Below are positions 53,974 through 64,000 of a stretch of DNA of 64,000 nucleotides, one piece after another. The stretch is taken from sequence record NC_014792.1; one strand, 5' to 3'. Source of the DNA: Escherichia phage vB_EcoM_VR7. Position 1 is the stretch's first letter. Each line of letters opens with the position of its first letter. Both the position numbers and the translations under genes were made by a program. The notes below the pieces were generated by a model. That model was not told the origin of the DNA. It did not search any database and saw only the letters and a program-made list of their open reading frames with translations.

Positions 53974-55711
53974 GAACTCCGAACAAACGAGCTTCAGACG
54001 CGGTGGACCTAATAAAAAGCTTATCGAAGAATTAGCACCACAAAGGAGGGCGGAAGCCCTCTCTGCTGAACAGAATGATGAATTATCGAATCTGAATACA
54101 ACTCTTACAAATACTCAGGCTGCAACCGAACTTGTATCGGAAGCTATTGAGGATAAGGGTAATCAGATTATTGAGAATATCCAGACCAACAATGGAGTCC
54201 TCCAGGACATCAGTGCTGGGGTTGAACTGACGGCCGAAGCCACCGAGAAGACTCAACAAGGGATTAAAAACCTCACGGATATTCTCTCGGATAAGCTCGA
54301 CAAACTCAGTGCAATGATAAGCGGTAAAATAGGCGTCACGTCTCCTGTGGCTGGTTCTGAAAGCCTTAAACCTGTGGAGGACGCACTACCAGAGCCTGAA
54401 GAGAATAAGCCCACAGCGAGCGTTCCAGCGCTCATACCGCCAGAAGAACAAAAGCCCGACGCTGACTTCATTCCGGAACCAGAGCAACCAAAAACCGATG
54501 CAGAAGGTAAAGAGACTAATACCTGGTCACTTGGCGATAAGCTTGACACACTTTCGAAGATAACCGAAAAAGGATTTAAGGCATCGATTTCTGTTGCCGA
54601 CCGAATCTCCGGGATGCTGTTCAAATATACAATTACGGCAGCAGCCGAAGCGGCCAAGCTTATTGGTGGATTATTGTTGTTGGTATTCGGTATCGATGCA
54701 ATACGAGTTTACTTCCAATATTTCATGAAGCAATTCGAAAAAGGATGGGCCGAATTTAATGACAAGTTCAAAGAATGGGGACCGTTGCTCGAAGGACTAA
54801 TGACTTGGGCTAAGAATGCTGAAGCAATGTTTAGTGAAAGAAATTGGCTTGGGCTGGCAGAAGCTATTATCCGTGGAATGGTTAACTTAACGAAGAATAT
54901 GGCTCAACTTCTTATGCTTGGCATTTCAAAATTAATCTCGGCTATCTTAAGTAAAATCCCCGGGATGGGTGATTTGGCAGATAATGTGGAAGCCTCTGCG
55001 TTGATGTCTTATCAGCAAAACACGGGCGCAACCCTTGATGATGAAGACCAAACGAAGATAGCTAAGTATCACGATAAACGTTCGGCCGAAGCAATGAAAA
55101 CTGCGGAGAAGATGAATAAGAAGTATAAGGATAAACCTGAACTGATTAATCAAGCCGAAAAATATGGCAACCTTACCAAGGAACAAGCTGACCAGCTTCG
55201 TGCGGGTGGTATTGACACAAGCTTCAGAGACCTTCCAGAAGAAGAACGTCTGGACTATTTCAAGAAGCGTGATAAAACCCAAGCCGATATTATTCGTTTA
55301 ACCCAGACTGCAGATAACTTAATGAAGCCAGATGCAACCGATAAAAAGAATGCTGAAGCCTCATATAAAGCAATCCAGGAACAGTTGGCTGACCCTGTTA
55401 TGGCAAAAGGTGGAGCCCCGAAAGACCTTAATATGCATGCCCTCCTGGAAAAACTCGATAAGTCTCTTGAGAAGTTCAAAGACGAACCGAAAGTTAAACC
55501 ACCTGATGTTAAGGCTTCTCCGGATGCACAACAAGCTGCGAAGGTTGACGAAGGCATGAAGGCCAAAGAAAATAAATACAAGGATGCACCAGCTAATGCG
55601 CAAATTAACACGGTCAATAATATTCAGAAGACTTCCAGGACGCAATACAATATGCCTCCTCAAAGTTCAACCCCTGCCCCTGGTATGAGACAAGCCACGA
55701 GAATTAACTAA
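53966..55711 (+). CDS. 29: gp29 tail length tape-measure / baseplate hub protein
   Basis: 581 aa; synteny. Confidence 0.85.
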   Translation: MNKNSEQTSFRRGGPNKKLIEELAPQRRAEALSAEQNDELSNLNTTLTNTQAATELVSEAIEDKGNQIIENIQTNNGVLQDISAGVELTAEATEKTQQGIKNLTDILSDKLDKLSAMISGKIGVTSPVAGSESLKPVEDALPEPEENKPTASVPALIPPEEQKPDADFIPEPEQPKTDAEGKETNTWSLGDKLDTLSKITEKGFKASISVADRISGMLFKYTITAAAEAAKLIGGLLLLVFGIDAIRVYFQYFMKQFEKGWAEFNDKFKEWGPLLEGLMTWAKNAEAMFSERNWLGLAEAIIRGMVNLTKNMAQLLMLGISKLISAILSKIPGMGDLADNVEASALMSYQQNTGATLDDEDQTKIAKYHDKRSAEAMKTAEKMNKKYKDKPELINQAEKYGNLTKEQADQLRAGGIDTSFRDLPEEERLDYFKKRDKTQADIIRLTQTADNLMKPDATDKKNAEASYKAIQEQLADPVMAKGGAPKDLNMHALLEKLDKSLEKFKDEPKVKPPDVKASPDAQQAAKVDEGMKAKENKYKDAPANAQINTVNNIQKTSRTQYNMPPQSSTPAPGMRQATRIN

Positions 55712-55719
55712 GGAATAAC

Positions 55720-56826
55720 ATGAAAGTAAAAGAACTCGATTTCGATTTCGATATTGCGGGTTTATTTAACGGAGGTTCTAAGACCTCCGCTGGGCAGTCA
55801 AAAGCTGCCCAGACTCAAGCTACTATTGTGGCGCAATATCCAGCAGAACGAGCTTCCGGTAATGATTCTTCAGATGATATGCGAGTTAATGACCTTTATA
55901 AAAATGGTCTGTTATTCACGGCATACAATTTCAGTTCAAGAACATCTCCGGAATTACGCTCAGACAGGTCAAGCCAATTGACTTCATTAAAGAAAGTTTC
56001 CAATGGTGCTTCATTTAACCCGGTTAAAAGTTTAACATCTTTTGCTAAATCAAAATTAACCGGCTCCGGTTCAACAGGTAAAAGTTTTGATTCAAACGCT
56101 GTTGCAAATATCCTGTTGCCTCGTTCGAAGTCTGATGTAGAATCCGTATCGCATCGATTCAACGATGTTGGCGAATCTCTTATTACGAAAGGTGGCGGCT
56201 CAGCTACTGGTATTCTTAGTAACATCGCATCGACTGCAGTTTTTGGCGCGCTCGAATCAGTTACAAACGGTGTAATGGCCGACCATGGTGAACAGATTTA
56301 CACAACGGCAAGAAGCATGTATGCTGGTCCGGATAACAGGACAAAAGTTTACACATGGGAAATGACTCCACGTAGCGCGCAAGACTTAATCCAGATAGTG
56401 AAGATATACGAGATTTTCAACTATTATTCTTATGGTGAAACTGGTAAAAGCTCCTTTGCTTCCGAGCTGAAAGATAAAATCGATACGTGGTATAAATCCA
56501 CCTTCCCTTCAAAAAGGAAAGCAATCGATAACTTTGACGGTAAGTTGCTCGGTGAAGAGATAACAAGCTTCTTAACGAACGTTCTGGTGGTCTCTAACCC
56601 TACTATCTGGTATATCCGCAACTTCGGTGATACAAGCTCATACGATGGCCGTGGGGAGCTATTTGGGCCATGTCAGATTCAGAGCATAAGATTCGATAAA
56701 TCTCCGGATGGTCATTTCGGTGGATTAGCTATTGCTCCTAACCTGCCATCGACTTTTGTACTTGAAATCACTTTCCGTGAAATCATTACGCTTAACCGTG
56801 GCTCACTATATGCGGAAGGTTTCTAA
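55720..56826 (+). CDS. 48: gp48 baseplate tail tube cap
   Basis: 368 aa; synteny. Confidence 0.88.
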   Translation: MKVKELDFDFDIAGLFNGGSKTSAGQSKAAQTQATIVAQYPAERASGNDSSDDMRVNDLYKNGLLFTAYNFSSRTSPELRSDRSSQLTSLKKVSNGASFNPVKSLTSFAKSKLTGSGSTGKSFDSNAVANILLPRSKSDVESVSHRFNDVGESLITKGGGSATGILSNIASTAVFGALESVTNGVMADHGEQIYTTARSMYAGPDNRTKVYTWEMTPRSAQDLIQIVKIYEIFNYYSYGETGKSSFASELKDKIDTWYKSTFPSKRKAIDNFDGKLLGEEITSFLTNVLVVSNPTIWYIRNFGDTSSYDGRGELFGPCQIQSIRFDKSPDGHFGGLAIAPNLPSTFVLEITFREIITLNRGSLYAEGF

Positions 56827-57785
56827 TGTTTACTTTACAAGAATTTCAAACACAAGCGATTAATATCGACTTGCAGAGGAATAACCTTTTTAGCGTGGTC
56901 TTCGCGACCGCGCCTTCCTCTAAATCTCAGAATCTTCTGGACCAGTTCGGTGGTGCGTTATTCAGCAACCTTCCTGTTAACTCGGATTGGTTTGGTTTAA
57001 CGCAAGGCGACTTAACCCAGGGAATAACAACTCTTGTTACTGCAGGAACTCAAAAGCTTATTCGTAAATCAGGGATAAGCAAATATCTTATCGGGGCAAT
57101 GAGTAACCGTGTTGTGCAATCATTATTAGGGGAATTTGAGGTTGGTACTTACCTGCTTGATTTCTTTAATATGGCTTATCCAACGGCCGGGCTATTAGTT
57201 CACTCCGTTAAGCTTCCGGACAACACATTGAACTACGAAATGGACCTTAACCATAACGCGCCAAATATCAAGATAACAGGGAGAGAATATTCTCCGTTGG
57301 TATTAAGCTTTAGAATGGATTCAGAGGCAGGGAACTTCAGAGCATTTAACGATTGGGTCAACTCTGTACAGGACCCAGTTACCCAGCTAAGGGCTTTGCC
57401 TGAAGATGTTGAAGCAGATATTCAGGTTAACCTTCACTCACGTAATGGATTGCCACACACGGTTGTTATGTTAACTGGTTGTGTTCCTGTAAGTGTATCT
57501 GCACCTGAATTGAGTTATGAAGGGGATAATCAGATAGCTACATTTGATGTGACTTTTGCTTATCGCGTTATGTCAACTGGGGCGGTGGGAAGAAATGCTG
57601 CATTAGAATGGTTGGAAGATAAGGTTATTAAGGGTGTATCTGGTATTAGTTCAGATAACAACTTGAACGCAGAAGTTGCCAAATTGAGTCGCTTGTCTGG
57701 TGCCCAATCTGGATTAACAAGTCTGTACAATACGTTCACTGGTTCTGGAAGAGCCGTCTCTGGTGGAAGTCAACGTATATTATAA
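56826..57785 (+). CDS. 54: gp54 baseplate tail tube initiator
   Basis: 319 aa; synteny. Confidence 0.88.
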   Translation: MFTLQEFQTQAINIDLQRNNLFSVVFATAPSSKSQNLLDQFGGALFSNLPVNSDWFGLTQGDLTQGITTLVTAGTQKLIRKSGISKYLIGAMSNRVVQSLLGEFEVGTYLLDFFNMAYPTAGLLVHSVKLPDNTLNYEMDLNHNAPNIKITGREYSPLVLSFRMDSEAGNFRAFNDWVNSVQDPVTQLRALPEDVEADIQVNLHSRNGLPHTVVMLTGCVPVSVSAPELSYEGDNQIATFDVTFAYRVMSTGAVGRNAALEWLEDKVIKGVSGISSDNNLNAEVAKLSRLSGAQSGLTSLYNTFTGSGRAVSGGSQRIL

Positions 57786-57791
57786 AAAGAA

Positions 57792-57815
57792 AGGGACCCG
57801 AAGGTCCCTTTTTTA
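57792..57815. terminator. Bidirectional rho-independent terminator after gene 54
   Basis: AGGGACC-cgaa-GGTCCCT followed by TTTTTT. Confidence 0.75.
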
Positions 57816-58103
57816 TTTGCGGAATGAAATGAAACCTGCTACAGTCATTACAGCTTCTTTCTTAACAAAGACTGTAATCGCAATTGGTGCTTCAGATTCA
57901 AGCTGTCCAGTTACTATACCATTAAAAATATTTTCTGTTTGTTCAGAATTTACAAAGTTTTCAACAGGGCGAAGGTCGAATTTCTTATCTTCACCAAATA
58001 CACGTCGTAATTCATTACCCACTGCGCTGTCAAACTCTTCTGAAGCTGGGATAACATTCTCAACTACCAGTTCCTGACCATTAAAGCGAAAAGATGATTT
58101 CAT
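57813..58103 (-). CDS. Hypothetical protein downstream of alt (96 aa)
   Basis: ORF track 57813..58226 trimmed to the ATG at 58103 with GAGGA RBS. Confidence 0.45.
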   Translation of the reverse strand: MKSSFRFNGQELVVENVIPASEEFDSAVGNELRRVFGEDKKFDLRPVENFVNSEQTENIFNGIVTGQLESEAPIAITVFVKKEAVMTVAGFISFRK

Positions 58104-58167
58104 TTTGTTTTCCTCATGTGCAATTGATATGAACATTGTATCGCACTTCCTTGTGCTTGTAAACCCC

Positions 58168-60219
58168 CTATGAAAGGAATTTAGGAGGAATACTTTCCAA
58201 ATTAATACAACTAGCAAGAATACCAAGGCCTTGGTTGACTTTCTTCGTCACCCTGGAGGATGCAAACGATGCGAAGTCAACAGATTCTTCTGGTTCCTCG
58301 CCTTTATAAACGACAAGCTCGCCAGTTTCCATCAACACATCACCATCATAGATAACTGCATTTTCATCCAGTTGGTCAGTGGTCTGAATGTCAGGTTCCA
58401 GCATTTTGACGTTCGCATTTCCTTGATACGACGCATCCGTAATTTTTGTAATCTTAACTATAGTTCCACGAGGAAGAATAACTTCTTGCTCGGTCGGGTT
58501 TCCTGACAATTCACCAGGAACAATTACGTTAATTAAGTCCGCTCCAGAAATTTTCCAACCGACATGCATCATTACGTGGTCGCGGCGGGCATCCGGCATA
58601 TCTGGTAAAACAATTTCGTCATCAGCCTGGAAAGATGTCCCATCACGATAGTCCTGATGAACTGCGGCCATAGCAACGTTCGCCACCCAGCCACCAAAGA
58701 TAATCGGTTTAAACGACGTTGATACATAGTTCCTGAAATAAAATAATTTAGATTTCTTAATTTTATCAAATGTAGGAACGTTTAAATATTGACCACGCCA
58801 AAGAGTTGTATTAGGCGGCAACTTATGTCCAATTTCAAAGGCCGAATCCAATTCCTTAATTGTTTCGACAACTCTGTCTAGATTTAGGAATTCAGCTTCT
58901 TCTTCATAATATTTGCCCATCAAATAATTATTAATATCGGCATAGTTTGCTCCACAATAATCTGCAATTGCTTCTCGCTGGCCATAATGGAAACGGTTGT
59001 CAGTATACCCTGCTGTGAAATTAAGAGTATTTTCTGATGCTTCTTCGGCAAAGTCTTTAACTGCAACACGAATGGCGCTTGTGTATTCTTTTTCCCAGAG
59101 CGAGGCTGCATAAGTGGCTGCATCTAGGTTAGGAGGAGCATCATTCATTTTTCTTTCGATAAATGCGGCTTTGCGAAGGTTAAGAATCTCTGCGCATGAT
59201 TCGGCAAAAATCTGCATCTGCTTCATGCTACCAACTGGGGCACGTTTAAGTTCACGATGCATACGGTTAAAAATTGGGTCAGAGTCTTCAACACGAATTT
59301 CTTCTTTCCAAACACCATTTGCGCGCATAGCCGTATCCGCGGCGCGCATACGAGCCATAGTATTCGTTTCGGAAGGTCGAACAAAAATTTCCAGTTCTTC
59401 GGCATCATCAATTAATTCAGCAGTTGCAGGTCGACTAAACTTAGCAGCTTCTGCATCAATTTCGTCCCAACCTTCTGGCACGGAATCACTTGGTGCGTAC
59501 TGGGCTTGTGCAATAGCTCGGCGACTGATTTTAGTTTTCTGGGCAACAGCAGCGTCGGTCTTTTTGTTTGCTGCGTCAATCAGAACTTCGGCTGCGATTT
59601 CTTGTTTGGAGACTTGCGCACCGTTATCTTTATTAGTGAATACGTCGCCAACTTTTGTTGTGACTTTTTGATATTTCTCAGGGACAGGTGGCATACCATC
59701 AACCGACAGCAGGTCAACGCCCTTTTTGTACATAATTACATAAGCGTTCTTTTTACCGAGACCAGAAGCATTCGGAAGAACATGATAACGCCCGGAAGTT
59801 TTCATTTGAATCAGTCGATTCATAATACGAATAACAGCTTGCTCTTGACCTTTCATCTTTTTGGAAGGGAAACGGAACAAGACTACATCAGGTTTGCCTA
59901 GTTTGATACTTTCCCAGACTGTGGTAAAAATCAGGTTAATCGCATCAAGAGGTTTTTCACCTAGGCCACCCTTCAGAGGAACAGCATGGCCGTGTGAAGT
60001 CCCAGAGAGCAGGAATACCTCGGCAATTGCATCACCACGTTTATATTGTTTAACAGTTTCTTTGCCCGTGAATTGCATTAAACGGGCCATAAGAGAATTG
60101 GTCCCAGGAACACCGAATTGCCAAACCTGCGGGACCTTGTATTTTGGATTCATATTAATGACAGGATAACCGAAGGCTTCGATATATTTGTCAAAGAGTT
60201 CATTTAATTGTTCAGACAT
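58168..60219 (-). CDS. alt: Alt-like ADP-ribosyltransferase (head-packaged)
   Basis: 683 aa at the T4 alt position between 54 and DNA ligase. Confidence 0.8.
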   Translation of the reverse strand: MSEQLNELFDKYIEAFGYPVINMNPKYKVPQVWQFGVPGTNSLMARLMQFTGKETVKQYKRGDAIAEVFLLSGTSHGHAVPLKGGLGEKPLDAINLIFTTVWESIKLGKPDVVLFRFPSKKMKGQEQAVIRIMNRLIQMKTSGRYHVLPNASGLGKKNAYVIMYKKGVDLLSVDGMPPVPEKYQKVTTKVGDVFTNKDNGAQVSKQEIAAEVLIDAANKKTDAAVAQKTKISRRAIAQAQYAPSDSVPEGWDEIDAEAAKFSRPATAELIDDAEELEIFVRPSETNTMARMRAADTAMRANGVWKEEIRVEDSDPIFNRMHRELKRAPVGSMKQMQIFAESCAEILNLRKAAFIERKMNDAPPNLDAATYAASLWEKEYTSAIRVAVKDFAEEASENTLNFTAGYTDNRFHYGQREAIADYCGANYADINNYLMGKYYEEEAEFLNLDRVVETIKELDSAFEIGHKLPPNTTLWRGQYLNVPTFDKIKKSKLFYFRNYVSTSFKPIIFGGWVANVAMAAVHQDYRDGTSFQADDEIVLPDMPDARRDHVMMHVGWKISGADLINVIVPGELSGNPTEQEVILPRGTIVKITKITDASYQGNANVKMLEPDIQTTDQLDENAVIYDGDVLMETGELVVYKGEEPEESVDFASFASSRVTKKVNQGLGILASCINLESIPPKFLS

Positions 60220-60247
60220 AATAGGTTCCTTATAAAATATGATGTAT

Positions 60248-60270
60248 TTATACTAAAAAAGGGCCGAAGC
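60248..60270. terminator. Bidirectional terminator between DNA ligase and alt
   Basis: AAGGGC-cgaa-GCCCTT with T-runs. Confidence 0.65.
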
Positions 60271-60277
60271 CCTTTTG

Positions 60278-61810
60278 TTATTTTAACCCCGTCTGTGACC
60301 AGTCGCCAAATACTTCTTCGAAAGTATCTGCCTTATCTTTATCGAATCTGAACCCTTTGATAATCGGAAGGAACAGTTTAACAGTATTATCTTTACGAGT
60401 TTCAGAAGTCAACCAACCATTACATTCACAGTCAGCAATCATTCCAACCAATTCACCTTTACGAGCCTTAATCATAAGAGCTTCGCGGTCCATTTCATGA
60501 CGCTCATCAATTGGGATAATAGCCCATTTCTTAGTCTTCGGGTCTTTGACTTGTGTTGTATCTTTGAAGCCTGACCCACAATTGGTAACAATTTTACCGC
60601 AAGAAGATTGAAGCACAACACCACCAATTTTATTTGGGTCTTTCTCGTGCTCATAGAATCCGATAATTTCCAAAGCGATGTCAATAACTTCTTTGAACTT
60701 GTACATATTCTTAGAACGCTTGTTTTCCCAAGGAGCTGCAGTGTTTTTAAGAATAATACCTTCGAGCTTTAAAGCAATATATTTCTTATAGATGGCTTTG
60801 GCTTCTTCGAGGTTATTAACCACGTGGTTTTCAATCAGAATCATGCGGTCGTAGCCATGAAGCACCACGTTATCTGCAATCATCTTCTCTAATACCGCGA
60901 ACCGCACATCATATTTCAGAGGGTTAAGAATTTTAACATCTGAATACACTTCAATCAACGGAACATAATCCCAGACCTGGAATTTCATGCCAGCTGCTTC
61001 AACCGCAGTGATAGTTCCTTTTAATGATTTGTTCGCTAGACCGTTTGACTTAGTACGAGATTCCGCAGATTCAATTTGAGTCTCGGCTTGCTCTGTATCA
61101 TCAAAAAGGAAGGCCAACCCATCATCCTGGACAACTGTTTTCTGTTCATGGTATACTAACTCACCATCAATCAAAACGCCCTCAGGATGTCTCTCACGCG
61201 CTTCACGGGTGGCTTCAATCAATTCCTTTTTAAGAAGGTCAAGCTTAAGATACTCATTTCCAGCGCGGGATAACAATCGAACATCATCCAACTCATCGCC
61301 ACGAACTTCTGCAAAACACCGGGCGCCATCGGCTTTCAATTGTGCAAAGGCCGGGAACTTAATGTTTTTAGCAATACCTGCTTCATCGTAAGAAGAAGCA
61401 AGCATCTGTGGCTGTTCAGGAATTAAACCTTTCCAAACTTTATTCGCAATCGATACGGATGCCCCACATTCCAGGTCACGCATCATCACACGACGCAGGA
61501 CTTCAACATCATCTTTTTTACCATCAGCAATATAGCCAGATAATTCCTCGATTGCCGCATTACCTGTTAATTTACGAGGGGCTAATGTAAATTCGATAAA
61601 GTCAAGCATATCACTTATATTCAACATGCCAAAGCTTTGAGTCGTTGTCCCAGGTTTTGGCCATTTCTTGATATAGAACTGAATGCCTTTGGAATATGTC
61701 AAACGATACACACGTTTAAGCGTTTCATTTTCAGAATACGATTCCAGGATAGCTTGTTTCTCTTTCGTAGAATCGGTTGCAGCAATTTCATTTAAAATAT
61801 CTAAAATCAT
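60278..61810 (-). CDS. 30: ATP-dependent DNA ligase (gene 30)
   Basis: 510 aa; adenylation motif QLKADGARCF (KxDG); synteny. Confidence 0.92.
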   Translation of the reverse strand: MILDILNEIAATDSTKEKQAILESYSENETLKRVYRLTYSKGIQFYIKKWPKPGTTTQSFGMLNISDMLDFIEFTLAPRKLTGNAAIEELSGYIADGKKDDVEVLRRVMMRDLECGASVSIANKVWKGLIPEQPQMLASSYDEAGIAKNIKFPAFAQLKADGARCFAEVRGDELDDVRLLSRAGNEYLKLDLLKKELIEATREARERHPEGVLIDGELVYHEQKTVVQDDGLAFLFDDTEQAETQIESAESRTKSNGLANKSLKGTITAVEAAGMKFQVWDYVPLIEVYSDVKILNPLKYDVRFAVLEKMIADNVVLHGYDRMILIENHVVNNLEEAKAIYKKYIALKLEGIILKNTAAPWENKRSKNMYKFKEVIDIALEIIGFYEHEKDPNKIGGVVLQSSCGKIVTNCGSGFKDTTQVKDPKTKKWAIIPIDERHEMDREALMIKARKGELVGMIADCECNGWLTSETRKDNTVKLFLPIIKGFRFDKDKADTFEEVFGDWSQTGLK

Positions 61811-61820
61811 TAATCACCTC

Positions 61821-62099
61821 TTAGTCGTTGGCTCTATTATATGCCACGTCTTCCAAAAGCAAATCCAGACGCTTATGATAAGTGAACACAAATTTCGTGG
61901 CACCGTCTGGTTTCATTTTAGTCATGAAGTGAACATAAATGAATCCTTGCTCAACACATTCACGCCAAACGGGATTATCTTTAGCCGGATTAATATCAAA
62001 CGAGTAATCATGATTCACATGACGAATAAACTGGTTAACATGACCATAATCCATCGTGGTGGTTGGACCACGGTCAGAAATAGTATGAACGACAAACAT
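61821..62099 (-). CDS. Hypothetical protein (92 aa)
   Basis: ORF track 61821..62141 trimmed to the ATG at 62099, 2 nt after the upstream stop. Confidence 0.4.
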   Translation of the reverse strand: MFVVHTISDRGPTTTMDYGHVNQFIRHVNHDYSFDINPAKDNPVWRECVEQGFIYVHFMTKMKPDGATKFVFTYHKRLDLLLEDVAYNRAND

Positions 62100-62100
62100 A

Positions 62101-62913
62101 TTAACCCCTTCCACAGGTCGGTTGATTATACCAGTATTCAATACCAGTACCTACGCCATATTGGTATGGATATGCTGGATTATATCCAGGAGTCCATGGC
62201 TGACCTGGCTGCCAGCCTTGTTGCATTTGTTGCTGAAGACGTCGAGTTTCACGAAACAGTTCTTCCAGTTTACGGAGTTCATCTGGTGTGAATTCTGGTT
62301 TGGTCGGTTCATCTTTGTGTTTCAGTTTAAGCTGTCCAGCAACATCGTCCCAATTAAAAACTTTGGAAGCTGTTTTAGGAATAGCATCACGTTCACCACG
62401 AGCCATCCAATAAACCGGAACTGCAAGGATTTCACTCGCATGGTCGCAATGGTGAGCAAGGTCATCAATATAACAAATGACATTATATTTGTCTTTTGCC
62501 TTCTGGAACAACTCCTCTTTAGAGGCTGTATGACCACACATCATAACTTCTTTAAACGCACCAGGGAACAAAGCATTCAGGTTGAATTGACGATTCAGGC
62601 GGGCGTCAATGGAATCACCCAGGGCTGTAACGGCCACAAAATCATATTGTTCTTTGAGGTTATTAATAACCCTTAACGCATCTGCATAAGGAGACAAATA
62701 ACGAATAAAATCCGAACAGTTATATTTCTCAATCAACTGTGCGCCCAACTCTTCATCACAATTGAACAGTTTGCCCGGGGTCACAAATTTTTCATCCTGA
62801 ATCATCTTAAGGATATGTTCCAGGGGTAAATTGTATTTTTGAGCGAAATAAGGCAAGCCAGATTGCCATGACAAACATACGCCATCAATGTCTGTTAAAA
62901 TAACGGGTTTCAT
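62101..62913 (-). CDS. HAD-superfamily hydrolase-like protein with Q/P-rich C-terminal tail
   Basis: N-terminal MKPVILTDIDGV (DxDG HAD motif I); 270 aa. Confidence 0.55.
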   Translation of the reverse strand: MKPVILTDIDGVCLSWQSGLPYFAQKYNLPLEHILKMIQDEKFVTPGKLFNCDEELGAQLIEKYNCSDFIRYLSPYADALRVINNLKEQYDFVAVTALGDSIDARLNRQFNLNALFPGAFKEVMMCGHTASKEELFQKAKDKYNVICYIDDLAHHCDHASEILAVPVYWMARGERDAIPKTASKVFNWDDVAGQLKLKHKDEPTKPEFTPDELRKLEELFRETRRLQQQMQQGWQPGQPWTPGYNPAYPYQYGVGTGIEYWYNQPTCGRG

Positions 62914-63377
62914 AATGCATCTCTCAATTGGTTAAGTATGTCAATAAATTCTTGTTCAGTCAATATTGTATCATGAACAGTAAGGTGGCTCGCCATCGAA
63001 TGCTTTAAAACTTTGCCCTTTGTAGCTTGTAATGCGTCGCGGAATCCTTTGTTTTGGAGAGCTGCTTCAAAATATGCACTTGTATACAACTCTTTCCATG
63101 CTGCAGAGTATCTTGAAAAGGGAATTCCAAGCCAGAAAAGCGTCCCACGGTCCGCAGCTCTTGCATAAGCTCTTCCAGTTTGTTGTGCGACCAGCCCGGA
63201 CATCCCAAATATACGTTTTTGTTGTTCATAATTTCTCACCTTGCACCCTTGTAGGAAGCCTTCAAGACCTCCAAACTGGATACCATCCATAACAAAAGGC
63301 CATTTGGCAAAGTTACTTAATGCGCATGATGGCCACGGGAAATTGCTTCTGATTTCTAACTCAGACATCTTTGACAC
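62910..63377 (-). CDS. NADAR (YbiA-like, DUF1768) domain protein
   Basis: 155 aa; LSNFAKWPFVMDGIQFGGLEGFLQ resembles the YbiA/NADAR core (SNFA.WP...DG.....EH.FQ). Confidence 0.55.
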   Translation of the reverse strand: MSKMSELEIRSNFPWPSCALSNFAKWPFVMDGIQFGGLEGFLQGCKVRNYEQQKRIFGMSGLVAQQTGRAYARAADRGTLFWLGIPFSRYSAAWKELYTSAYFEAALQNKGFRDALQATKGKVLKHSMASHLTVHDTILTEQEFIDILNQLRDAL

Positions 63378-63573
63378 TTATAATTTCGACATCAGCCCAA
63401 TGGCCATAACCCGGTAGACGGTCCGCAATGGATAATCCGCCGTCAGTTTTGAGCATTTTAATTGTCTTAGTATATGGTTCAATATTTCGGGCCCATGGAC
63501 TTACGTCAGTCACGCGATAAGTCACTTCAACCATTTCTGTGCCCAAAATTTTCTGAATCAATTTCTTAAACAT
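63361..63573 (-). CDS. Hypothetical small protein (70 aa)
   Basis: ORF track; overlaps neighbouring genes by a few nt. Confidence 0.4.
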   Translation of the reverse strand: MFKKLIQKILGTEMVEVTYRVTDVSPWARNIEPYTKTIKMLKTDGGLSIADRLPGYGHWADVEIISVKDV

Positions 63574-63574
63574 A

Positions 63575-63769
63575 TTATCCTCGCTTTAAACATTTGATTA
63601 CAGACAATTCTTGCCCCATGCGGACGTCTTCAGTTCCATCAACCCACAGGACTGCATAGGCTTCTTTAATGGAAATATTACTCAATTTGAAAGCAGGCAG
63701 GACCTTGGAAATCATTCCAGGAATACCCACACCTTTTAACTGAACAGTTTGTGATAAGAATAGTTGCAT
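63575..63769 (-). CDS. Hypothetical small protein (64 aa)
   Basis: ORF track; start overlaps the upstream stop (TAATG). Confidence 0.4.
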   Translation of the reverse strand: MQLFLSQTVQLKGVGIPGMISKVLPAFKLSNISIKEAYAVLWVDGTEDVRMGQELSVIKCLKRG

Positions 63770-64000
63770 TAGAACCTCATCTGGAAACCATGTGATTTGA
63801 CATTCTTGCCATTAATATCAGATGAATTAATTTCACGTGCCGCGATTGGGTCAATATCAATGTCACGACTAAGCTTGGTGATTGCCAGAGTATCGCGCCC
63901 ATTAACAGTCCTGAATTCAACTGGGCAAACTATATCCACATAGTTTTTAATGGATTCTTTAGTTGGTTGCTTATCAGCAGGTACACCTGGACCAGCTTTG
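63770..64000 (-). CDS. Hypothetical protein, partial (N-terminus beyond window edge)
   Basis: Open minus-strand frame to the window edge ending ...NGKNVKSHGFQMRF. Confidence 0.35.

Overview
This window reads as a contiguous segment of a T4-like (Tevenvirinae-type) myovirus genome, with gene order and protein sequences matching phage T4 from the early accessory region through the late structural module. Left part (1-9500, mostly minus strand): small early ORFs each behind its own promoter/stem-loop cassette, a tRNA island (tRNA-Arg UCU and tRNA CAU) interrupted by a T5orf172/GIY-YIG-like ORF, a cassette of five divergent small proteins sharing the T4 internal-protein capsid-targeting N-terminus, then 57B (Acb1-like 2H phosphoesterase), 57A, gene 1 (dNMP kinase), 3, an HNH endonuclease, 2 and 4. 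Middle (9500-42000, plus strand): 53, 5, 5.1, 5.4, 6-12, wac, 13-18, a second HNH endonuclease, 19, 20, 67, 68, 21, 22, 23, 24 and a tandem gp24 paralog. Right part: rnlB, a diversified hoc locus (collagen-like protein, Hoc paralog, Hoc, Inh), uvsW, uvsY, baseplate hub genes 25-26-51-27-28-29-48-54, alt, DNA ligase, and HAD-like and NADAR-like ORFs. T4-type early, middle (MotA-box) and late (TATAAATA) promoter motifs and hairpin terminators are readable throughout. Most interesting candidates: the five-gene internal-protein cassette with its recombinogenic promoter repeats, the collagen-like/Hoc-paralog insertion, the gp24 duplication, and the endonuclease insertions with hairpin-embedded promoters. 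All assignments rest on reading the translated ORFs and motifs by eye against remembered T4 biology; no database search was run.
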